A stretch of 64,000 nucleotides of DNA. Origin: an uncultured Acidobacteriota bacterium (GTDB taxonomy: Bacteria; Acidobacteriota; Thermoanaerobaculia; Thermoanaerobaculales; Thermoanaerobaculaceae). Positions within the stretch are counted from its first letter, which is position 1. Each line of letters begins with the position of its first letter. The stretch lies in contig CAWBLW010000010.1 in the NCBI GenBank assembly GCA_963789745.1, forward strand, positions 69,984 to 133,983. Reading direction: 5' to 3'. Both the position numbers and the translations under genes were made by a program. The notes beneath the pieces were generated by a model. That model saw nothing but the letters and a program-made list of their open reading frames with translations, did not search any database and was not told where the DNA came from. This document shows, piece after piece, positions 49,187-59,813 of this stretch.

Positions 49187-50230
49187 ATGCCGGACGTCGG
49201 AAGGCGACCTCACGGTGTCCGCGTCGCCGGAGCGATTCTGCTGAGTGCGGGTACCCTGCTCGGTGTGGCGCCGACACACGCCGCAGACGATGGGCTCGGC
49301 GCCCGAGCGCGGGTGCGGCGCCACCTGCAGCGCTCCTCCGCCGCTGTGGCCGGCCCAACGCTCGCGGGGTGCCGGATCTTCCCGGCGGACAACGTATGGA
49401 ACGCCCGGGTCGACCTCCTGCCCGTGGACCCGCGCTCCGCCGACTACATCGCCACGATCGGGCCGGGCACCGCCCTCCACCCCGACTTCGGCTCCGGCAC
49501 CTGGGACGGCGGGCCGATCGGCATCCCGTTCGCGGTGGTGCCTGGAAGCCAGGCGCCCGTGCCGGTGAGCTTCGAGTACGCCGACGAGAGCGACCCGGGC
49601 CCCTACCCGGTGCCGGCGGACGCGCCGATCGAGGGCGGACCCGCGAGCGCCGGCGACCGCCACGTGCTGCTCGTGGACAGCGGCCGCTGCCTCCTCTACG
49701 AGCTCTACGCCGCCTACCCGCAGCCGGACGGGAGCTGGCGCGCTGGCTCGGGCGCCGTTTTCGACCTGCGCGGCAACGCGCTGCGCCCGGCGACCTGGAC
49801 CTCGGCGGACGCCGCCGGCCTGCCGATCCTGCCGGGCCTGGTGCGCTACGACGAGGTGGCCGCGGGTGCGATCCGCCACGCGCTGCGCTTCACCGTCGCC
49901 CACACCCGCAACGAGTTCATCTGGCCGGCGCGCCACCGGGCCTCGAGCAGCAGCAACCCCGCGTACCCGCCGATGGGGCAGCGGTTCCGCCTCAAGGCGG
50001 GTTTCGACGTCTCGCGCTTCCCGAGAAGCGTGCAGGTGATCCTTGTGGCGCTCAAGTTCTACGGCATGTTCGTGGCGGACAACGGCTCGAACTGGTACAT
50101 CTCGGGCGCGCCCGACGAGCGCTGGAACAACGACGAGTTGCACCTGTTGAGCCAGGTCCACGGCAGCGACTTCGAAGCGGTGGAGGAATCGGGGCTCATG
50201 GTGAGCCCCGATTCGGCCCAGGTGCGCTAG
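49187..50230 (+). CDS. conserved secreted hypothetical protein
   Basis: ATG at 49187 follows TAGGAG and gives a signal peptide (MPDVGRRPHGVRVAGAILLSAGTLLGVAPTHAA). Conserved-looking blocks are RIFPADNVWNARVD, GDRHVLLVDSGRCLLYELY, WTSADAAGLPILPGLVRYDEV, IRHALRFT and FVADNGSNWYISG. I recognise no family name. Confidence 0.6.
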   Translation: MPDVGRRPHGVRVAGAILLSAGTLLGVAPTHAADDGLGARARVRRHLQRSSAAVAGPTLAGCRIFPADNVWNARVDLLPVDPRSADYIATIGPGTALHPDFGSGTWDGGPIGIPFAVVPGSQAPVPVSFEYADESDPGPYPVPADAPIEGGPASAGDRHVLLVDSGRCLLYELYAAYPQPDGSWRAGSGAVFDLRGNALRPATWTSADAAGLPILPGLVRYDEVAAGAIRHALRFTVAHTRNEFIWPARHRASSSSNPAYPPMGQRFRLKAGFDVSRFPRSVQVILVALKFYGMFVADNGSNWYISGAPDERWNNDELHLLSQVHGSDFEAVEESGLMVSPDSAQVR

Positions 50231-50548
50231 GCGCCGCCGGCGTCGGACCTCTGGCTGCGTTGCGCTCGCCGGTTCGCATCCTCACGTACCCTCCGGGTAC
50301 GCTCCGGTGCGACCGGCTCGCGCGCCTTGCCATAGGCCCAACGGCGGCGGCGCGGCTACACGCCCCAAGTTGCAACGGCCTGCCTTCGGTGGAGTGTTCG
50401 TCTTCGAGGGAGGCGCTCGGGGCTGCGCGGCCTGCGGCCGGCGCGGCCGGCTCGCGCGACGGACCAGGGGCCAGTTGTCCTTGCGCCTTGACCCTGCGTT
50501 TTCAGTCTTCGCGGACCCCGAGCCCCGAACCCCGAGCCCCGGTTTCTC
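50230..50548. repeat. composite structured intergenic repeat, copy 2 (ends in a CCCCGAG heptamer array)
   Basis: It starts on the last base of the TAG at 50228-50230. The apical hairpin is CGTACCC-tcc-GGGTACG. The heptamer array at 50513-50547 overlaps the 3' end of the minus-strand yaiI-like gene. Confidence 0.85.
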
Positions 50549-51002
50549 CATCGGTGCGGCGGCGGATGGCGTTGATCGATTCGTCGAGGCGTTGCAGGAA
50601 GGACGAACGGTCGCGCTTCGTGAACGGCGGCGGGCCGCCGGTCATCTCGCCCAGGTCGCGCAGCTCCGCCAGCAGGCCGCGCGTGGCGAGGGCGTCGCCG
50701 ATGTTGGCGGCGGTGAACGGCGGGCCCGCGTAGCCGATGACCGTCGCGCCGCGGGCGAGGCAGCGCGCGGCGAGGGGGATGTCCGCCGTGACCACGATGT
50801 CGCCGGCTCCGACGTGCTCGGCGATCCAGTCGTCGGCGACGTCGATCCCTTCCCCGACGACCTCGAGCCGGATGCGCGGGTTCTCGGGCTTGCGCATCCA
50901 CGACCCGGCGACCAGCGTGACGTCGAGGCCGTAGCGCTCCGCCACCCGGTAGACCTCACCCTTCACCGGGCAGGCGTCGGCGTCGACGTAGATGTGGAGC
51001 AC
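50502..51002 (-). CDS. yaiI: YaiI/YqxD-family protein (UPF0178/DUF188)
   Basis: 166 aa: MLHIYVDADACPVKGEVYRVAERYGLDVTLVA...IVVTADIPLAARCL. The C-terminal ETGARGSGLGVRED is encoded by the heptamer array. Confidence 0.85.
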   Translation of the reverse strand: MLHIYVDADACPVKGEVYRVAERYGLDVTLVAGSWMRKPENPRIRLEVVGEGIDVADDWIAEHVGAGDIVVTADIPLAARCLARGATVIGYAGPPFTAANIGDALATRGLLAELRDLGEMTGGPPPFTKRDRSSFLQRLDESINAIRRRTDGETGARGSGLGVRED

Positions 51003-51048
51003 GCGGTCCCCTTCCGCAGGCGATCATACTGCGGCGCCGACGAGGCGG

Positions 51049-53778
<2,730 letters not shown>

Positions 53779-53891
53779 CGCGCCCGTCCCCCCGTTTGCA
53801 TACTACCCGCTCGGTCGCCGCTGAATTCCTCTGCCGCGCCGCGCCCGCACGCGTTCCGGAGCCTGCGGTGGCATGCTATCGTTTGACCACC

Positions 53892-54512
53892 ATGGCATTG
53901 CACGTCGTCGACCACCCCGTCCTGCAGGACATCCTGACCCGCTTGCGCGACCGGACGACCCACTGCGAGGAGTTCCGCATCCTCGCGCACCGCATCTCCC
54001 TGCTGCTGGTTGCCGAGGCGACCCGCGACATCCCGACGGTGGCCGGCACGGTCGACACCCCACTCGAGACCACCGCGGCGCAGCGGGTCGCGGCCCGCGT
54101 CGTCGCGGTGCCGGTGCTGCGCGCCGGGCTCGGGATGCTGCAGGCGTTCCTCGACCTCGTGCCCTCGGCCGAGGTCGGGTACTTCGGCCTCGAGCGCGAC
54201 GAGACGACCGCCGTGGCCCGTCGCTACTACGAGAAGGTCCCCGCCGACCTCGGCAGCGCGGTGGTGTTCCTGCTCGACCCGATGCTCGCCACCGGCGGCT
54301 CCGCCGCGATGGCGGTCGAGGGCCTCGAGGGGATGGGCGCGCGCAAGGTACGCCTCGTTTCGATCGTCGCCGCGCCGGAAGGGGTGGAGCGCTTGCAGCG
54401 CGCGGCGCCCGGCGTCGAGATCTACACCGCGGCCGTCGACCGGCAGCTCGACGGCCGCAAGTACATCCTCCCGGGTCTCGGCGACTTCGGCGACCGCCTC
54501 TACGGCACCTGA
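53892..54512 (+). CDS. upp: uracil phosphoribosyltransferase
   Basis: ATG at 53892 gives MALHVVDHPVLQDILTRLRD..., then VAVPVLRAGLGM, the PRPP loop VVFLLDPMLATGGSA, and YILPGLGDFGDRLYGT. Confidence 0.9.
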   Translation: MALHVVDHPVLQDILTRLRDRTTHCEEFRILAHRISLLLVAEATRDIPTVAGTVDTPLETTAAQRVAARVVAVPVLRAGLGMLQAFLDLVPSAEVGYFGLERDETTAVARRYYEKVPADLGSAVVFLLDPMLATGGSAAMAVEGLEGMGARKVRLVSIVAAPEGVERLQRAAPGVEIYTAAVDRQLDGRKYILPGLGDFGDRLYGT

Positions 54513-54840
54513 GGGCGCCGCCGGCGTCGGACCTCTCGCTGCGTTGCGCTCGCCCCGCTCGCGTCCTCATGTAGCCTCCGGCTACACTCCGGCGCGGCGG
54601 GGTTCGCGCGCCTTGCGATAGGCCCAACGGCGGCGGCGCGGCTACACGCCCCAAGCTGCTGCGCCCTGCCTGTCGGCGTCGTTCATCCTAATGTGGGGCG
54701 CGACCGCCGGGCGCGCTTCTTTGTCTTCGAGGGAGACGCTCGAGGCCGCGCGGCCTGCGGCCGGCGCAGCCGGCTCCGACCACGGACCACTGACCACGGA
54801 CCACGTCTTTTCGGTGCCCGGACCCCGGTCTTTTCCGGCC
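54513..54840. repeat. composite structured intergenic repeat, copy 3 (carries a nested 26-nt motif and a GGACCAC array)
   Basis: It starts directly after the upp TGA. The apical hairpin is TGTAGCC-tcc-GGCTACA. The subapical stem is CCCCGCtCGCG/CGCGGCGGGG. The insert ATGTGGGGCGCGACCGCCGGGCGCGC lies at 54691-54716, and the heptamer array at 54777-54804 continues in degenerate units. Confidence 0.85.
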
Positions 54841-54865
54841 ACCGGCCGCGGGCCACGCCTCTGCT

Positions 54866-56074
54866 TCAGTAGTCGCTCGTCATGATGAACAGGGGCTTGG
54901 CTTCGAAGCGCTCGTAGATCGGGCGCAGGCGGTCGGTGAGGTAGAACTTGCGCACGTCCACGGTCTTCTTGCGGCTGGTGACGACGTCGATCGGGACGTT
55001 GTCGTAGCGCCCGTTGCGGACGTTGACGAGACGGCCGGCGATGCCGTCGAGCACGAGGTCCATGGCGAGGTTGCCGAACGCCATCGGCACGATCGAGTCG
55101 AGGGCGTCGGGGTTGCCGCAGCGCACGAGGTAGCCGAGACGCTGGTTGATGACGTTGATGCGCCGGCCGTTGTTGTACTTCGGCGAGAGGTCGCGGAGCA
55201 CACGCGAGACGCGGTCGCCGATCCCGCCCAGCTTCTTGTGCCCGAAGGCGTCGATCTCCTGGTCCTCGTACACCATCTCGTCCATGCCCTTGAACGTGGC
55301 GCCTTCGGAGACCAGCACCACGCTGTACTTGGAGGGGTTGGTGTGCCGGTCGGCGGTGAGCAGCTCGCAGAGGTGCTCGATGTCGAACACGTGTTCGGGG
55401 ATGACGCAGCGGTTGGCGGCCCCGGCCATGGTGGGCAGCAGCGCGGTGAACCCGGCATAGCGGCCGAACACCTCGATCACGAGGAAGCGTTCGTGGCTCC
55501 CGGCCGAGGTGCGCAGGGCGTGGGTCATCTCGATCGTGCGGGTCACGCACGTCGAGAAGCCGATGCAGTAGTCCGTCCCCGGCACGTCGTTGTCCATCGT
55601 CTTCGGGATCGCGATGACTCGCACCCCCTCCTTGTGCAGGCGCACACCGTACGAGAGCGTGTCGTCTCCGCCGATCGGGATGAGGGTGTCGATCCCCAGC
55701 CACTCGAGGTTGGCGAGCACCTCGGGGGTGACGTCCACGACGTCGCCGGGGTACTTCTCCCTGAGGTGCGGCGGCAGCTGCGCCTGGGCGACCCGGGACG
55801 GGTTGGTACGCGAGGTGTGGAGGAAGGTGCCGCCGGTGCGCCCGACCTTGTTCACGACCTCCTCGGAGAGCTCGATCACGTGCTCGTCGTGGGAAACCGC
55901 CTTGTCGCGCTCGAGCTCGACGATCCCCGCCCAGCCGTGCCGGATCCCGAGCACCCTGTACCCGTCGCGCACCGCGCGCACGGTGAGGGCGCGGATCGCG
56001 GGGTTCAGGCCCGGGACGTCGCCGCCGCCGGTCAGGATCGCGATGGTTCCCTTCGATTTGGAAGCGTTGCTCAT
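54866..56074 (-). CDS. 6-phosphofructokinase (PfkA superfamily; ATP- versus PPi-dependence not resolvable by eye)
   Basis: ATG at 56074 gives MSNASKSKGTIAILTGGGDVPGLNPAIRA, then IPIGGDDTLSYG, IPKTMDNDV and VFGRYAGF. The rest of the 931-aa ORF is artefact. Confidence 0.9.
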   Translation of the reverse strand: MSNASKSKGTIAILTGGGDVPGLNPAIRALTVRAVRDGYRVLGIRHGWAGIVELERDKAVSHDEHVIELSEEVVNKVGRTGGTFLHTSRTNPSRVAQAQLPPHLREKYPGDVVDVTPEVLANLEWLGIDTLIPIGGDDTLSYGVRLHKEGVRVIAIPKTMDNDVPGTDYCIGFSTCVTRTIEMTHALRTSAGSHERFLVIEVFGRYAGFTALLPTMAGAANRCVIPEHVFDIEHLCELLTADRHTNPSKYSVVLVSEGATFKGMDEMVYEDQEIDAFGHKKLGGIGDRVSRVLRDLSPKYNNGRRINVINQRLGYLVRCGNPDALDSIVPMAFGNLAMDLVLDGIAGRLVNVRNGRYDNVPIDVVTSRKKTVDVRKFYLTDRLRPIYERFEAKPLFIMTSDY

Positions 56075-56170
56075 GTTCGGCTCCGATCCGCCGCGATGGT
56101 AGCGCAACGGCCATTCCGGGGAAGGGGCCGCCCGGTCCCCGAATTCCGCAGTTGCGAACCGGCGCCGCCC

Positions 56171-56290
56171 ATGTAGCGGCCGATGCTCGCATCGGCCGAG
56201 GGGTCGAGGGGTACCCGGAGAAGCCCGGCGTTTGCAAGCAAACGCCGCTACGGAAGCAACGGCCGCGCGTCCGGCGGCCGCGCCGCGCAC
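56171..56290. repeat. multi-hairpin cassette, copy B
   Basis: It has the same architecture as 44971-45094. It sits in the divergent pfk/cydA promoter region. Confidence 0.85.
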
Positions 56291-56353
56291 GAACCCCTGT
56301 TGCGCCGGCGGGGCCGGGTGCCTATGCTCGCGCGAGCGGAGGTTGCAACGGTC

Positions 56354-57799
56354 ATGGAAGCGGTCCTCCTCGCGCGACTGCAGTTCGCCTTCACCCTCAT
56401 GTTCCATTACCTGTTCCCGCCGGTGACGATCGGCCTGGGTCTCCTGTTGGTCGTGATGGAGGGGCTGTACCTCAGGACCCGGGACCTCCACTACGAAGCG
56501 ATGGCGAGGTTCTGGACGAAGATCTTCGCGGTGAACTTTGCGATGGGCGTGGCGACCGGGATCGTGATGGAGTTCCAGTTCGGGACGAACTGGGCGACGT
56601 ACTCCCGGTTCGTGGGCGACGTCTTCGGCTCCGCCCTGGCGGCCGAGGGGATCTTCGCGTTCTTCCTCGAGTCGGGGTTCCTCGCCGTGCTGGTGTTCGG
56701 GTGGGACCGGGTGTCGCCGGGGATGCACTTTTTCGCGACGGTGATGGTCGCGCTCGGGTCGATGTTCTCCGCCGTGTGGATCGTGGTCGCAAACTCGTGG
56801 CAGCAGACGCCGGCCGGCTTCCACATCGTCGGGGTCGGCGCGGCGGCCCGCGCCGAGATCACCGACTTCTGGGCGATGGTGTTCAACCCCTCGAGCGTGG
56901 AGCGGCTCGTGCACGTCCTGCTCGGCGCATTCATCGTCGGGGCGTTCGTGGTGCTGAGCGTCTCGGCGTTCTACCTGCTCAAGGGGCGGCACCTTGAGTT
57001 CGCGCGCCGCAGCTTCACGATCGCGCTCGTGATCGCCGCCGCGGCTTCGGTCGCCGAGATCGTCTCCGGCGACTCCCAGGCGCGCACGCTCGCCACCACC
57101 CAACCCGCCAAGCTCGCCGCGTTCGAAGGGCTGTACGCGACGAGTCCCGGCGGCACGCGGTTGACCGTAATGGGGTTCCCAGACACGGCGGAGCAACGGG
57201 TTCGGGGGGAGATCGCGGTCCCCGGGCTTCTCTCGTTCCTGGTCTGGGGGGACTGGAACAAGCCCGTGGCGGGCCTCGACCGGGTGCCGCGCGCGGACTG
57301 GCCGCCGGTGGCGCTTCCGTTTCAGACGTACCACATCATGGTGGGGCTGGGGTTCCTCTTCGGCACGCTGACGCTCGTCGCGCTCGTCATGCGCTGGCGC
57401 GGGACGCTGTTCGAGGCGCGCTGGATGCTGTGGGCGTTCGTCTTCGCCGTGCTGGGCCCGTTTGCCGCGAACGAACTCGGCTGGGTCGCGGCGGAGGTCG
57501 GGCGCCAGCCTTGGGTGGTGTACGGCCTGCTGCGAACGTCGGACGCCACATCCAAGAGCGTGCCGGCGGGACAGGTGCTCGCGTCGTTGGTCATGTTCGC
57601 CGTCATCTACGCCCTCCTGTTCGCGGTGTACGTGTTCGTGCTGAACGACAAGATCCAGCACGGTCCGGACGAACCGGCGGCGCCGCCGCCGGCGACGACG
57701 GGCAAGGGGCTGCTGGCGGCGGCAAGGGCCCTCGCAGGCCAGGGTGGGGAGTCGCTCACCGCGGCCGGCGGCGGGGCCGGCCGCGCCGGCGGGGAGTGA
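56354..57799 (+). CDS. cydA: cytochrome bd ubiquinol oxidase subunit I
   Basis: ATG at 56354 gives [31 protein letters not shown]..., then [16 protein letters not shown] and the Q-loop region. ATG at 56324 is an alternative start. Confidence 0.9.
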   Translation: MEAVLLARLQFAFTLMFHYLFPPVTIGLGLLLVVMEGLYLRTRDLHYEAMARFWTKIFAVNFAMGVATGIVMEFQFGTNWATYSRFVGDVFGSALAAEGIFAFFLESGFLAVLVFGWDRVSPGMHFFATVMVALGSMFSAVWIVVANSWQQTPAGFHIVGVGAAARAEITDFWAMVFNPSSVERLVHVLLGAFIVGAFVVLSVSAFYLLKGRHLEFARRSFTIALVIAAAASVAEIVSGDSQARTLATTQPAKLAAFEGLYATSPGGTRLTVMGFPDTAEQRVRGEIAVPGLLSFLVWGDWNKPVAGLDRVPRADWPPVALPFQTYHIMVGLGFLFGTLTLVALVMRWRGTLFEARWMLWAFVFAVLGPFAANELGWVAAEVGRQPWVVYGLLRTSDATSKSVPAGQVLASLVMFAVIYALLFAVYVFVLNDKIQHGPDEPAAPPPATTGKGLLAAARALAGQGGESLTAAGGGAGRAGGE

Positions 57800-57804
57800 C
57801 GGCG

Positions 57805-58821
57805 ATGGACCTGCACCTGTTCTGGTTCGCCCTTCTCGGTGCGCTGCTCACCGGCTACGCGATCCTCGACGGCTTCGACCTCGGCGTCGGGATCGTGCAT
57901 CTGGCGGCCCGCGGCGACGACGAGCGGCGGGTGCTCATGAACGCCATCGGGCCGCTGTGGGACGGGAACGAGGTCTGGCTGGTGACGTTCGGCGGCGCGC
58001 TCTTCGCGGCGTTCCCCCGCGCCTACGCGACGGTCTTCTCGGCGTTCTACCTGCCGTTCATGTTGTTGCTGTTCGCGCTCATCTTCCGCGCGGTCTCGAT
58101 GGAGTTCCGCAGCAAGCACGAGGGCGCGGCGTGGCGCCGCTTCTGGGACTGGGCGTTCTTCGCCGCGAGCACCGTTGCGACGTTCCTGATGGGCGTCGCG
58201 GTCGGGGACTCGATGCTCGGCATCCCGATCGGCCCGGAAGGCGACTACACCGGCGGGGTCGCGGAGCTGCTTCGCCCCTACGCCCTCCTGGTCGGCGTTC
58301 TGGCGGTGGCGACGTTCGCCATGCACGGTTCGATCTACCTTCACCTCAAGACCGGCGGCGAGCTCCAACGGCGCATCCACGGCTGGATGTGGCGGACGTT
58401 CGGCTTCTTCCTGGTGGCATACATGATGGTCACGATCGTGACCCTGGTGACGCTGCCCGGCGCGACGCGCAACTTCACGCGCCTGCCGTGGGCGTGGGTG
58501 GTCGTGCTGCTCAACATCCTCGCGGTCGCCAACATCCCTCGGGCCATCTTCAAGGGCAAGCCGCTCGGCGCGTTCGTCTCGTCCTCGTGTTCGATCGCAG
58601 CCCTCGTGTTCCTGTTCGGCGTCGCGCTCTTCCCCAATCTGCTCGTGTCGAGCAGCGACCCGGCGTGGAGCCTGACGATCGTCAACGCCGCCTCCTCGGA
58701 GAAGACCCTTGGCATCATGCGGACGATCGCCCTCCTCGGGATGCCGTTCGTCGCCGCGTACACGGCGGTCGTGTACTGGGTGTTCCGCGGCAAGGTCGAG
58801 CTCGGCAAGTTCAGCTACTAG
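57805..58821 (+). CDS. cydB: cytochrome bd ubiquinol oxidase subunit II
   Basis: ATG at 57805 gives MDLHLFWFALLGALLTGYAILDGFDLGVGI..., then GPLWDGNEVWLV. 338 aa with multiple TM helices. Confidence 0.9.
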   Translation: MDLHLFWFALLGALLTGYAILDGFDLGVGIVHLAARGDDERRVLMNAIGPLWDGNEVWLVTFGGALFAAFPRAYATVFSAFYLPFMLLLFALIFRAVSMEFRSKHEGAAWRRFWDWAFFAASTVATFLMGVAVGDSMLGIPIGPEGDYTGGVAELLRPYALLVGVLAVATFAMHGSIYLHLKTGGELQRRIHGWMWRTFGFFLVAYMMVTIVTLVTLPGATRNFTRLPWAWVVVLLNILAVANIPRAIFKGKPLGAFVSSSCSIAALVFLFGVALFPNLLVSSSDPAWSLTIVNAASSEKTLGIMRTIALLGMPFVAAYTAVVYWVFRGKVELGKFSY

Positions 58822-59038
58822 GGCTCGCGCCTGGCGTGTCGCATTCGGTCGCGGCCGCTTCCGAAGTGGTGAAGCGAAGGCTCCTTGGAGGGGCGGCAGG
58901 TTGCGGGCGCCCTGGGCGAACCTTGACGGCGGCTCTCGCGGCGCTAGCATTGGCAGAAATGGAGAGCACGCGCTTTTCCTCGTACGGAACGGTTGGACGC
59001 GCAAGCCGTCGGCGGGCCGGACGCGCCGAGGCCGGTTC

Positions 59039-59710
59039 GTGAGGGCCGCTCTGCCGCCCGAACGCCTGCGCGCGGTCTACGACCGGGCCGCCGGACACTA
59101 CGACTGGGAGCATGGTCTGCTGACGCTGCGAGCGGATCAACGCGGACGGCGTCTTCTCGTTCGCCACGCCGTGCGCGAGGGCGATCGGATTCTGGACTGC
59201 GGGGCCGGTACTGGGACGACCGGTCTGATGGCGCTGCGCGCGGCCGGGCCGCAGGCGAAGCTGACGCTGTTCGACCTCAGCGACGGCATGCTGGAACAGG
59301 CGCGTGCGAAGGCGGGGCGGCTCGGCGTGGCCGATCGCGTGGACTCCTCCACCGGCGACCTGGCGGCGCTGCCGTATCCGGACGGCGCGTTCGACTGCGT
59401 GCTCTCGACCTACAGCCTGTGCCCGGTTGTGGAGCCGGCACGCGGGGCGATCGAGATGTACCGCACGGTCCGGCCGGGCGGCCGGCTCGGGATCGCTCAC
59501 TCGACCGAGGCGCGTGCCGGCCTGGTGCGCACACTTGCCGACGCGGTCGAGAATTTCGCGTGGCGCCTTCCGGGCATCTCGCTGGGCTGTCGTGCCGTGT
59601 CGGTGGCGCCGGCGCTGCGCCGGGCCGGCGCGCGCCTGCTCTTCGAGCGCCGCATCGGCGTGCCGCTGTATCCGTTCCTCGTGCTCGTGCTCGAGAAGCC
59701 ACGCGATTGA
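59039..59710 (+). CDS. class I SAM-dependent methyltransferase (UbiE/COQ5-like fold)
   Basis: GTG at 59039; the start is uncertain. Motif I is ILDCGAGTGTTG, followed by the acidic loop LFDLSDGM and post-I/II regions (DGAFDCVLSTYSL, RPGGRL). Confidence 0.7.
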   Translation: MRAALPPERLRAVYDRAAGHYDWEHGLLTLRADQRGRRLLVRHAVREGDRILDCGAGTGTTGLMALRAAGPQAKLTLFDLSDGMLEQARAKAGRLGVADRVDSSTGDLAALPYPDGAFDCVLSTYSLCPVVEPARGAIEMYRTVRPGGRLGIAHSTEARAGLVRTLADAVENFAWRLPGISLGCRAVSVAPALRRAGARLLFERRIGVPLYPFLVLVLEKPRD

Positions 59711-59813
59711 GCGCGGCGCCGGCGGGGGGTGGTTCAGCGGTTGCAAAGGCTTCGGCTTCTCCGACCCGTCGGGGGCCGGCGGCCCGCCCGTGTTCCAGGC
59801 CTGAGGCGGGCCG

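Noticed and set aside
58959-59042. A 27-codon ORF (MESTRFSSYGTVGRASRRRAGRAEAGS) downstream of cydB, considered as a possible CydX-like small subunit.
   Set aside because: CydX-type peptides are single hydrophobic TM helices, whereas this peptide is basic and hydrophilic. There is no convincing RBS.
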